A stretch of DNA of 59,794 nt from Nitrospirota bacterium (GTDB lineage Bacteria; Nitrospirota; Thermodesulfovibrionia; Thermodesulfovibrionales; UBA1546), in contig JAKALU010000004.1 of NCBI GenBank assembly GCA_021824065.1, positions 1-59,794 of the forward strand, written 5' to 3'. The notes beneath the pieces are model-generated. The model was not told the origin of the DNA and made no database searches. It saw nothing but the letters and a program-made list of their open reading frames with translations. The position numbers and the translations under genes are program-made. Positions 27,941 to 35,971 of this stretch are shown piece after piece. Numbering within the stretch: the first letter of the stretch is position 1; each line of letters starts with the position of its first letter.

Positions 27941-28717
27941 CTAAGATGCTAATGCTGGCACATCTTCAAGATAGTGAATGATATCTGCCACTTCTGTACC
28001 TTCCATTACAAAAAAGACCCTCCCGCCAGTTGTGTTTCCATATCGTTTGATATTTGGTATTCTTAAATATCCAAATATTCTTGATGCAATATAACCTGTT
28101 GTGTAATCAGGGTCGTCAGAGATGCATATCTCTGCAACGATATCGGGACATGATGCTACCTTTGATGCGAGGGTTAAAGCCTCTTTAACAGCCGTGGTGT
28201 TTATACGTGATTTTGAAAGCCTTTGTGCTAATCCCCTTTTAGCGGATTTTTCTATCCCCAGTCTTGATACCCTTACCCCACGCTCTCTGTCAGGCTCAAT
28301 ACGAAGGCCGGATTTTATAAGTATTAACGCAGCGCCCCGCATTGTTTTTTTTGATTTTAGAACTTTTAGTCCATTGGTGATAGCTGTCTTTGAAATACCA
28401 ACGCCTGACAGATTTCGAAATATAATCTCATCTGACTCACATGTAGAATTACATCTTAGTGTGGTTACCGGTAATAAAGGAATTTTTTCAGGTTTTTGTT
28501 TTATTTTTTCAATTGTAATCACAATCCTGTCAGGCTTGCCCCTCGAATGATTTAAAGCCCTTTTTATATATCCGTTGCTGATCTTCGATATCTCTGATTC
28601 TTTGTATATCCCCTCAGCACCCGAGATGTGAATATCTGGAACTCCTATGGCTTTGCTTCTGACTTCTGAGTTCTGAGTTCTGACCCTTTTCGATGCCCTC
28701 ATCCGTATGTTCCACAT
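27941..28717 (-). CDS. bioW: 6-carboxyhexanoate-CoA ligase (pimeloyl-CoA synthetase)
   Basis: IRMRAS..HISGAE, GVRVS, EALTLASKV, EICISDDPDYTTGY, GGRVFF. Confidence 0.9.
   Translation of the reverse strand: MWNIRMRASKRVRTQNSEVRSKAIGVPDIHISGAEGIYKESEISKISNGYIKRALNHSRGKPDRIVITIEKIKQKPEKIPLLPVTTLRCNSTCESDEIIFRNLSGVGISKTAITNGLKVLKSKKTMRGAALILIKSGLRIEPDRERGVRVSRLGIEKSAKRGLAQRLSKSRINTTAVKEALTLASKVASCPDIVAEICISDDPDYTTGYIASRIFGYLRIPNIKRYGNTTGGRVFFVMEGTEVADIIHYLEDVPALAS
28657..28684. repeat. In-frame heptamer tandem repeat in bioW
   Basis: ttctgac ttctgag ttctgag ttctgac. Encodes part of RVRTQNSEVRS between MRASK and HISGAE. Confidence 0.75.
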
Positions 28718-28889
28718 AAATGAAATTATACTTTTAATATAAACAGATTAACAAGGGAAGTGATGTCCGAAAGAATTTATTTTTACAAAAGTTTGCGCTA
28801 CCTTATAGAAGCAGTGTTAATATAAATCAAATATATTATGTTAAAATAAAATAATTAAAAATCTTTTTCAAAGTCTATATTAATTAGTT

Positions 28890-29105
28890 ATGGCGCCGAG
28901 AATATATCTAAGGGTTGGTGACAGGGTGAAACACCTGAGATACCATATATGGGGACATGGTGAAGTTGTAGAAGAAAAACATTCGACACTTGCTGGCGGA
29001 TTCTGTCTTGTCAGGATTCTGTTTGATGATGGAATAGAGAGAGCATTCATTAATGACCTCGATAACGAATGCTGCTGCTATTATGCAGGCATAAGACTTA
29101 TCTAA
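28890..29105 (+). CDS. Small hypothetical protein (DUF3553-like)
   Basis: GDRVKH..WGHGEV SH3-like start; ends CCCYYAGI. Confidence 0.55.
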   Translation: MAPRIYLRVGDRVKHLRYHIWGHGEVVEEKHSTLAGGFCLVRILFDDGIERAFINDLDNECCCYYAGIRLI

Positions 29106-29119
29106 ATCGCATTTTTACT

Positions 29120-29887
29120 ATGACAAAAAAATATCTCGGCCAGAATTTTCTTTACGACCCGTCAATACTCAATAGAATTGTGCAGGCTGCAAATATTTCG
29201 TCTGAGGATACGGTTGTTGAGATAGGCCCCGGCCCTGGCAGGCTTACAAGGATACTCGCTGAAAGGGCAAAAAGGGTTATAGGCATAGAGGTGGACAGGG
29301 AACTATATGAGAAGCTTAAAGTTGAGCTTGGTCATTATAAAAATGTCGAGCTTGTATGTGGAAATGCCCTCGAATATCCTTATGAAGAACTTTCTGAATT
29401 CAAGGTGGTTGCGAATATCCCATATTACATTACAACCCCGATAATCTTCAGGCTGCTCGAAAGCAGAAAAAATCTGAAATCTATGACACTTACTGTGCAG
29501 AAAGAGGTGGCTGAGAGGATTGTTGCCAGGCCTGGAGGTAAGGATTATGGTGTGCTCTCAATAATGGTTCAATATTATGCAATCCCGAGTCTTAAATTTA
29601 TAATACCCCGGGGCGCATTCAGGCCTGTTCCAAAAGTTGATTCTGCTGTTGTGTATTTCGAGATGAGAGAATCTCCCGCAGTATCAGTGAAAGATGAAAA
29701 GCTTTTTTTCAGGATAGTAAAGACAGCATTTACACAGAGGAGAAAGACACTTGCGAATTCACTTAAGCCGCTGTATGGAGATATTAAGGATAAGATTATT
29801 GCTGCAGGCATAGACCCGATGAGAAGACCGGGGACGCTTAGTATTGAAGAATTTGCAAGATTGTCTGATGTGCTCTATACTTCATAA
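29120..29887 (+). CDS. rsmA: 16S rRNA dimethyladenosine transferase KsgA/RsmA
   Basis: KYLGQNFL, VEIGPGPG, VANIPYYIT, QKEVAERI, FRPVPKVDS, RRKTL. Start placed at ATG 29120. Confidence 0.95.
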   Translation: MTKKYLGQNFLYDPSILNRIVQAANISSEDTVVEIGPGPGRLTRILAERAKRVIGIEVDRELYEKLKVELGHYKNVELVCGNALEYPYEELSEFKVVANIPYYITTPIIFRLLESRKNLKSMTLTVQKEVAERIVARPGGKDYGVLSIMVQYYAIPSLKFIIPRGAFRPVPKVDSAVVYFEMRESPAVSVKDEKLFFRIVKTAFTQRRKTLANSLKPLYGDIKDKIIAAGIDPMRRPGTLSIEEFARLSDVLYTS

Positions 29888-30023
29888 ATAAGCAGGCATG
29901 TCACTCTCAAAAGTTTTAAATGCGACAGATTTTTTCGAGCTCGATTTCAAGTCTTTATGCGTAAAACGAGGGTTGGTTGGCAATAAAGGAGGGATAAGGG
30001 GGGATGTAAAGGGGGTGTCGGAA

Positions 30024-30056
30024 TATTGGCAAAAGAATCCGCTCAAAGACAATTCC
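30024..30056 (+). repeat. Dispersed non-palindromic repeat, copy 1 of 3
   Basis: tattggcaaaagaatccgctcaaagacaattcc; 28/33 identical to the reverse complement of 33521-33553. Confidence 0.6.
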
Positions 30057-30090
30057 CTCCCGCTTTTGGAACCGCTTTTGGAAAGGTGCT

Positions 30091-30507
30091 ATGAAAAAAT
30101 TTGAAGTACTCGACATATCAGGTGATGCGGGCATTAAGGCCTATGGCAAAAGCATTGAAGAGGCTTTTGTAAATGCAGCTATTGGAATGTATAGCCTCAT
30201 CACTGACCTTAATGACATTAAAGGAAAAAATACTATTGAAGTTTCCATAGAGAGTCATTCACTCGAAGGACTATTGGTTTCGTGGCTGAACGAGCTTATA
30301 TTTCAGTTTGATACGTATGGATTTATCGGGAAGAAAATTGTAATTCAGGGCATAGAGGATAAAAAAGTAGTGGCAAATATCTCAGGAGAGGAATTTGACC
30401 CTGAACGGCATGAGAGAAAACTTCTGATAAAGGCGGCAACATATCATAGATTAAGGGTGGAAAAAGTCAGGGATGTCTGGGAGATAGATGTTATTTTTGA
30501 TATATGA
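30091..30507 (+). CDS. Archease
   Basis: DISGDAGIKAYG, LLVSWLNEL, IKAATYH, DI C-terminus; directly upstream of rtcB. Confidence 0.9.
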   Translation: MKKFEVLDISGDAGIKAYGKSIEEAFVNAAIGMYSLITDLNDIKGKNTIEVSIESHSLEGLLVSWLNELIFQFDTYGFIGKKIVIQGIEDKKVVANISGEEFDPERHERKLLIKAATYHRLRVEKVRDVWEIDVIFDI

Positions 30508-30513
30508 TAGGAT

Positions 30514-31965
30514 GTGGTTATGACACTGGAAAAACTCAGAAGAATTGATGAGACAAAGATAGAGATTCCCAGGGACTACAAGCCAGGGATGAGAGTCGCA
30601 GGGATTATTTATGTAGATGAGGTTCTTGAGAAAGAACTTGAAACCCAATCGATTGATCAGGTCGCAAATGTTGCAACTCTGCCGGGTATTGTCAAAACAT
30701 CCATGGCAATGCCTGATATTCATACTGGCTATGGATTTGCAATTGGTGGCGTAGCAGCATTTGATCTAAAAGAAGGGATTGTTTCACCAGGTGGTGTTGG
30801 CTACGATATTAATTGCGGAGTCCGCCTCTTAAGAAGTAACCTCATGAGGGAAGCTCTCCTGCCAAGACTAAAAGACCTTGTCGGTATTTTATATAATGAA
30901 ATCCCATCAGGAGTCGGCTCAAAAGGTAAGATACGGCTCATGCCAGACAGCGAAAAGCAATTATTGCTCAAAGGCGCTCGTTGGGCAGTAGAGCAAGGAT
31001 ATGGAGATGCATCAGACCTCGAAAGGATTGAATCAGGGGGCTGTATTGATGGCGCTGACCCTGACCTTATTAGCAAGAAGGCTTATGAAAGGGGAAGGGC
31101 GCAGCAGGGGACTCTCGGTTCTGGAAATCACTTCCTTGAAATCCAGTATGTGGACGAGATATACGATGAAAAAGTTGCCAATGCCTTAGGTCTGTTTAAA
31201 GACCAGATTACTGTAATGATACATACAGGCTCGCGTGGGTTTGGACATCAGGTATGCACGGATTTTCTTGAAGTGATGGAGAGGGCTGTAAGCAAATACA
31301 ATATAGAGTTGCCGGACAAGGAACTTGCCTGTGCGCCATATAACAGTTCTGAGGCTCAGGATTATCTCTCTGCAATGAGGGCTGCTGCAAATTATGCATG
31401 GGCCAACAGGCAATGCATAATGCACTGGACCAGGGAGGCATTTCTGAAGTTTTTGGGTACTACACCGGGGGAACTCGGTATGAGCCTGATATACGACGTT
31501 GCACATAATGTTGCAAAGATAGAAGATCATATCGTCAATGGCAAAAAGAAAAAACTTGTAGTTCACAGAAAAGGCGCCACGCGTGCATTCCCGCCAGGAC
31601 ATCCTGAACTTCCGGATGTTTATAAAAACATAGGCCAGCCTGTTTTAATACCAGGTGATATGGGAAGGGCATCTTTTGTTCTTATAGGCACTGAAAAGGC
31701 AATGCAGGAGACATTCGGCTCAACATGCCATGGTGCCGGGAGAGTCATGTCGAGGCATCAGGCAATAAAGAGGGCAAAAGGACGCGCTATCTGGCGGGAG
31801 ATGGAAGACAAGGGAATTATAGTCCGTTCTGCAGGCAGAGGGACACTCGCTGAGGAGATGTCAGAGGCGTATAAGGACATCTCAGATGTCGTTGATGTTG
31901 TGCACAATGCAGGTATTTCAAAAAAGATTGTTAAGCTTAGACCAATCGGTGTGATAAAAGGATAA
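30514..31965 (+). CDS. rtcB: RtcB RNA ligase
   Basis: MPDIHTGYG, GYDINCGVR, GSGNHF, HTGSRG, YDVAHN, HRKGAT, HGAGR. Confidence 0.95.
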   Translation: MVMTLEKLRRIDETKIEIPRDYKPGMRVAGIIYVDEVLEKELETQSIDQVANVATLPGIVKTSMAMPDIHTGYGFAIGGVAAFDLKEGIVSPGGVGYDINCGVRLLRSNLMREALLPRLKDLVGILYNEIPSGVGSKGKIRLMPDSEKQLLLKGARWAVEQGYGDASDLERIESGGCIDGADPDLISKKAYERGRAQQGTLGSGNHFLEIQYVDEIYDEKVANALGLFKDQITVMIHTGSRGFGHQVCTDFLEVMERAVSKYNIELPDKELACAPYNSSEAQDYLSAMRAAANYAWANRQCIMHWTREAFLKFLGTTPGELGMSLIYDVAHNVAKIEDHIVNGKKKKLVVHRKGATRAFPPGHPELPDVYKNIGQPVLIPGDMGRASFVLIGTEKAMQETFGSTCHGAGRVMSRHQAIKRAKGRAIWREMEDKGIIVRSAGRGTLAEEMSEAYKDISDVVDVVHNAGISKKIVKLRPIGVIKG

Positions 31966-32030
31966 CACGAGTCATACCATATGTCTGTAGTCCCGGAATA
32001 GACAACCTGATCAGGCTTTCTGCATTATAA

Positions 32031-32213
32031 TACACAGAGCTAATATGTCTGCTTTATATTTTCTTTTTACCCGCAGGCAATCTTAATGCTGCCGGAACAA
32101 GGATTAAGTGTGCATCCGCAACAAGCACGCAGAACTCCGGGTTGTTTGATTATCTTTTGCCTCTATTTCAGAAAAAGACCGGTATAAAGGTTGACGTCTT
32201 CTCCGGAATTTAA
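32031..32213 (+). pseudogene. tupA: 5' relic of the tungstate ABC substrate-binding protein TupA
   Basis: Startless frame: signal-like LICLLYIFFLPAGNLNA, then RIKCASATSTQNSGLFDYLLPLFQKKTGIKVDV, then stop. Missing from the ORF track. Confidence 0.7.
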
Positions 32214-32214
32214 A

Positions 32215-33252
32215 TTATAACTTCTTTCCCTCTCTCAGATGCACGGTCCTTTGCGGGAATGGAATCTCAATGCCTTCTTCTTTAAATCTCTTGAATATCC
32301 TCTTTCTTATTTCGTGCTGAACAGGGAACTGATCTGTAAATTCTCTTACATGACATACTAAGGTAAAATCAAGCGAGCTTTCGCCAAATCCGGGTATAAG
32401 TCTGACAGCAGGCTCAGGATCCCCAAGCAGTCCCGGCACTTCTTCAACGGCCTTCCTTGTTTCCTCTATCAGTATCTTCTCAATTCTATCTATATCAGAA
32501 CTGTAACTGACAGGGATGGGGATGGGCAAAGACATCTTTTTTTCCGGCAGATTATAGTTTGTAACAACACTCTGTGCAAGCTTATTATTTGGAATCACAA
32601 CTATGTTGTTAGGGAGCATCCTTATCCTTGTTGTCCTCCATGTGATGTCTTCGACATAACCTTCCTGACCTGTCTCAAGCTTTATGAAATCGCCTATTCT
32701 GATGGATTTCTCCATGAGGATATGGATGCCGGCAAACAGATTTGCGAGGGTATCCTGAAGCGCCAGGGCAACTGCAAGGCCTCCTACACCCAGCGCCGTA
32801 ATTAATGGTGTTATTGAGACTCCAAGAACAGTAAGAATTATTAACAGACCTATAATGAGTATTGTCCCCTTCAATATCCCGTATGCAAGGCCTGTTGTTG
32901 GGATGGGCAACTCAGATTTCTGTATATAATTTTTGAATATTTTCCCTGATAAGTTTGCTGTGGCAATCGTGATGGAGAGTATCACAATTATGTGAATGGT
33001 TTTGCTCAGATAAAAAACATATCTCTCCGGAAGCTCTGAGATAGCAATCCCGATATAAAGTCCGATGGCAATGCACCAGTAAATAGATGGTGTTTTAAGC
33101 GCAGCAATTATCAGGTCGTCAAGCTTTGTCTCTGTCCTTTTCGCCCATCTATGAAGAAGACCAAAACTTATTCCCCTGATTATGAATAATACAGATACAG
33201 ACACAATGGCTATGACTGCAGGAATAAACATCCTCTTAAAATTAATGTCCAT
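32215..33252 (-). CDS. mscS: Small-conductance mechanosensitive channel MscS family
   Basis: LGVGGLAVALALQDTLANLFAG, GDFIKL, TRIR, IPNNKL, IEIPFPQR. Confidence 0.9.
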   Translation of the reverse strand: MDINFKRMFIPAVIAIVSVSVLFIIRGISFGLLHRWAKRTETKLDDLIIAALKTPSIYWCIAIGLYIGIAISELPERYVFYLSKTIHIIVILSITIATANLSGKIFKNYIQKSELPIPTTGLAYGILKGTILIIGLLIILTVLGVSITPLITALGVGGLAVALALQDTLANLFAGIHILMEKSIRIGDFIKLETGQEGYVEDITWRTTRIRMLPNNIVVIPNNKLAQSVVTNYNLPEKKMSLPIPIPVSYSSDIDRIEKILIEETRKAVEEVPGLLGDPEPAVRLIPGFGESSLDFTLVCHVREFTDQFPVQHEIRKRIFKRFKEEGIEIPFPQRTVHLREGKKL

Positions 33253-33269
33253 TCAGACCTCCAATATGA

Positions 33270-33356
33270 AGTTAAGGGTGCAGAGTTAAAAATTGAAAAT
33301 TTTAAATCCCTTCTTTATTAACTTTACACTTTTCACCTTAAACTCATAACTTTTTA
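33270..33356. repeat. Heptamer-armed hairpin directly 3' of tRNA-Ser(CGA), likely terminator
   Basis: agttaag/agttaaa arm facing a taacttt/cactttt/taacttt arm. Confidence 0.55.
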
Positions 33357-33357
33357 A

Positions 33358-33447
33358 TGGCGGAGAGGGAGGGATTTGAACCCCCGGTGGAGTTACCCCC
33401 ACAACGGTTTTCGAGACCGCCCCATTCAACCACTCTGGCACCTCTCC
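33358..33447 (-). tRNA. tRNA-Ser(CGA)
   Basis: GGAGAGG acceptor, anticodon loop CT-CGA-AA, long variable arm, GTTCAAATC, CCA encoded. Confidence 0.95.
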
Positions 33448-33520
33448 ATAAAAACAGTTGTCAGTGAATAGTGATTAGTTTACAACAAGATAATAAATTA
33501 ATGAATAGAGATAAAGGTAT

Positions 33521-33553
33521 GGCATAGTGTTTGAGCGGATTTTTTTGCCGATA
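33521..33553 (-). repeat. Dispersed non-palindromic repeat, copy 2 of 3
   Basis: ggcatagtgtttgagcggatttttttgccgata; 30/33 identical to 37430-37462. Confidence 0.8.
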
Positions 33554-33561
33554 TTCCGATA

Positions 33562-34020
33562 TTATCTTCTCTCCTGAAAAAACCTTCTCAATATCTCTGC
33601 GCATTCATCTTCAAGGATTCCCGAGACAACCTCAACCTGATGGTTAAGCCTTTTATCTGAAAGCAATTTATAAAGGCTGTCAACTGCACCGCCTTTTTCG
33701 TCTTTACATCCGTAAACAAGCCTTTTGATTCTTGCATTCACCATAGCGCCTGAGCACATAATGCATGGTTCTTTTGTAACATAGAGTGAAGCCTCACTCA
33801 AACGCCAGCTGTCACCTTTTTCTGCGGCATTCCTTATTGCAATTACCTCTGCATGGGCAGTCGGGTCTTTTGATGTCTCGCGTGCGTTGTGGGCTTTTGC
33901 GAGGATTTCGCTGTCACTCACAAGAACAGCTCCGACAGGGACTTCTTTCTCAGAAAAAGCGAGGCTGGCCTCTTCGAGTGCCAGCCTCATGAAATAGATG
34001 TCTTTCTCGTTTATGTCCAC
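33562..34020 (-). CDS. tadA: tRNA adenosine(34) deaminase
   Basis: EVPVGAV, DPTAHAE, EPCIMC, RLNHQ. Confidence 0.93.
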   Translation of the reverse strand: MDINEKDIYFMRLALEEASLAFSEKEVPVGAVLVSDSEILAKAHNARETSKDPTAHAEVIAIRNAAEKGDSWRLSEASLYVTKEPCIMCSGAMVNARIKRLVYGCKDEKGGAVDSLYKLLSDKRLNHQVEVVSGILEDECAEILRRFFQERR

Positions 34021-34056
34021 TGCCCGATAGCGTCCTGTCTTAATACTTCTTTATAA

Positions 34057-34130
34057 TGTCATTGCGGAGTCGTTTCGACAGAAGCAATCCCGAATCAAGT
34101 TCTGGATTCCTCGCTCCGCCCTGGATGACA
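34057..34130. repeat. Degenerate TGTC-tagged REP element
   Basis: tgtcattgcg...gaagcaatc...ggattcctcgct...atgaca. Confidence 0.65.
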
Positions 34131-34161
34131 ATATAGCAGCTGTTTAGAAAGCAGGACTATA

Positions 34162-34235
34162 CGCGCCCAGGAGGATTCGAACCCCCGACCTACGGATTCG
34201 TAGTCCGACGCTCTATCCAGCTGAGCTATGGGCGC
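34162..34235 (-). tRNA. tRNA-Arg(ACG)
   Basis: GCGCCCA acceptor, anticodon loop CT-ACG-AA, GGTTCGAATCC. CCA not encoded. Confidence 0.95.
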
Positions 34236-34236
34236 G

Positions 34237-34761
34237 CTATCCTTTCTTTATTCCTTCTTTAAGAGCTAAACCGACCTTAGGGTGTTCGAATGGATGAATA
34301 GCTGGAAACTTTGCGTATAGCCATCCTTTAAATATCTCTTTCCCACCCTCGAATACTTTAATATTCACTGCCGGGTTATTAGGATCATTCGATGCTGAGG
34401 TTATTGTGCCGACATCCATTCTGAAATCGGGGAGAAATTCTCCTACAGCCACCTTCAGATTAGAATTTGGTATCTGAAAATCGCTATTAAGTTTAACTGT
34501 GTATTCCTGAGCTTTTCTTGTTGCTTTGTCCTCAACAACAATTTTCACAGCGCTCCATTTGCCTTTCACATTAGCAGGGACCACAATCTGAAGCTCTCCT
34601 TTGGGCATTGTTATCCCCCCGGGTGCCGGCGGCATCCCAGGTGCTCCCATTCCCGGTCCAGGCATAGGGGCCTGTGGAACAGGCTGTTGCTCTTTCTTTT
34701 TGCAGGCAAAAAACCCCACAAGTATGACACTAAGTGCCACTGCAATAATCTTTTTGTTCAT
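34237..34761 (-). CDS. Lipoprotein (DUF2155-like)
   Basis: Lipobox FFAC, Pro-rich linker, FKGWLY..FP..HPFEHP. Confidence 0.65.
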   Translation of the reverse strand: MNKKIIAVALSVILVGFFACKKKEQQPVPQAPMPGPGMGAPGMPPAPGGITMPKGELQIVVPANVKGKWSAVKIVVEDKATRKAQEYTVKLNSDFQIPNSNLKVAVGEFLPDFRMDVGTITSASNDPNNPAVNIKVFEGGKEIFKGWLYAKFPAIHPFEHPKVGLALKEGIKKG

Positions 34762-34781
34762 ATAGAACCTCCTTTAAAAAT

Positions 34782-34895
34782 AGTTATTAGTTATAAAGTT
34801 ATAAGTTAAAAGTTTAAAATTTAGAATCCCTTAACTTTTCACTCTTAACTTTTTCGCCTCAGGCGAACCCGCCGAGGCGGGCAACTTTTCACTTC
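34782..34895. repeat. Heptamer-armed hairpin with nested mini-palindromes, 3' of tRNA-Ser(GCT)
   Basis: agttata/agttaaa arm, taacttt arm, tcgcctcaggcga + cccgccgaggcggg, then caactttt. Confidence 0.7.
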
Positions 34896-34903
34896 AATTC
34901 TAC

Positions 34904-34996
34904 TGGCGGAGAGGCAGGGATTCGAACCCTGGGTGAAGTTTTACCCCCACAACCGCTTAGCAGGCGGCTGCCTTCGACCAGCTCGGCCACCTCTCC
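34904..34996 (-). tRNA. tRNA-Ser(GCT)
   Basis: GGAGAGG acceptor, anticodon loop CT-GCT-AA, long variable arm, GGTTCGAATCC, CCA encoded. Confidence 0.95.
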
Positions 34997-35080
34997 TAAA
35001 ACTCTGATATATTAACAGTCTAAAATTAAATTTGTAAACCCCGTTAGAAAGCCCGGCTGGAACTTTCTAAGGGTATAGGT

Positions 35081-35569
35081 TCACCAATTCTCAAAACCTT
35101 TTTTCCGGGACCAGACTTTACCAGTCAAAGAGTTGTAAGCAAATGGCATATCAAAGGGGTCGAGTATATTCATATCCTTATCAACAGAATAAGGTTCAAG
35201 ATATTTAGCCCTGACTAAGGTATCTTTGTATGGCACAGCAAGATGCTCTGAAATCAGTTCTTTAAGGCTTTCAGGGTATCTGCCTTTTGTCATCTTAAAA
35301 AGCAGGATAGATTGTCTCAGATTACTTAATTCCGTCTGTAATGCAGACTTTCTTGCTTCCCATACCATACTTTCATAGCGATCCATCACCACAACCACCA
35401 GAATACTGATAATTATGATGACTATAAGGGTCTCAACAATCCCAGCGCCTTTTCTGTTAAAAAATTTATTTTTGTCATCCTGAACTTGTTTCTCCGCCTC
35501 GGCGGACTCGCTGAGGCGAGAGGATCTTATAATATATTGCCTTATTAGATGCTGAATCAAGTTCAGCAT
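35081..35569 (-). CDS. Type IV pilin / T2SS pseudopilin-like protein (start codon lies within a REP)
   Basis: RKG|AGIVETLIVIIIISILVVV is a class III signal with E+5, followed by FKMTKGRYPESLKEL and DPFD. Confidence 0.7.
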   Translation of the reverse strand: MLNLIQHLIRQYIIRSSRLSESAEAEKQVQDDKNKFFNRKGAGIVETLIVIIIISILVVVVMDRYESMVWEARKSALQTELSNLRQSILLFKMTKGRYPESLKELISEHLAVPYKDTLVRAKYLEPYSVDKDMNILDPFDMPFAYNSLTGKVWSRKKGFENW

Positions 35570-35573
35570 GACA
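35473..35573. repeat. TGTC-tagged REP with a nested 28-bp palindromic element
   Basis: Left arm tgtcatcctgaacttgtttc[28-bp insert]aggatct; right arm agatgctgaatcaagttcagcatgaca. The insert is tccgcctcggcggactcgctgaggcgag. Confidence 0.85.
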
Positions 35574-35602
35574 CATTGTATTGTTTCATGAATTCTATAG
35601 TT

Positions 35603-35971
35603 CTATTTATTTTTGCTCTTATAGTCTTCAATGGCTTTTTTAAGTGCATCTGCGCCAAGATTAGAGCAGTGCATCTTCTGAGCAGGCAGCCCACCCAATT
35701 CATTCGCAACAGCCTCTTTTGATATGGCTAATGCCTCTTCAAGCGTCTTGCCCTTGATCATCTCAGTAACCATACTGCTCACGGCAATAGCAGCGCCGCA
35801 CCCGAAAGTCTTAAACTTGGCGTCAATTATAATCCCATCCTTAACCTTTATAAATATCTGCATCACGTCGCCGCATGTAGGGTTACCCTCTGTTCCGACA
35901 CCGTCGGCATCTGGTATCTCACCTACATTTCTCGGATTTGTAAAATGGTCCATTACCTTTGCACTGTACAT
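35603..35971 (-). CDS. iscU: Fe-S scaffold IscU/NifU-N (MisU-like)
   Basis: DHFTNPRNVG, GNPTCGD, GCGAAIA, KMHCSNL. Confidence 0.93.
   Translation of the reverse strand: MYSAKVMDHFTNPRNVGEIPDADGVGTEGNPTCGDVMQIFIKVKDGIIIDAKFKTFGCGAAIAVSSMVTEMIKGKTLEEALAISKEAVANELGGLPAQKMHCSNLGADALKKAIEDYKSKNK

Noticed and set aside
29898-30104. 68-aa ORF between rsmA and archease
   Set aside because: It is made of repeat pieces (half PPxPP/KGG element, dispersed repeat, ccgcttttggaa x2) and has no protein-like motif; likely spurious.
33562-34235. tadA next to its substrate tRNA-Arg(ACG)
   Set aside because: Real, but a common bacterial arrangement.
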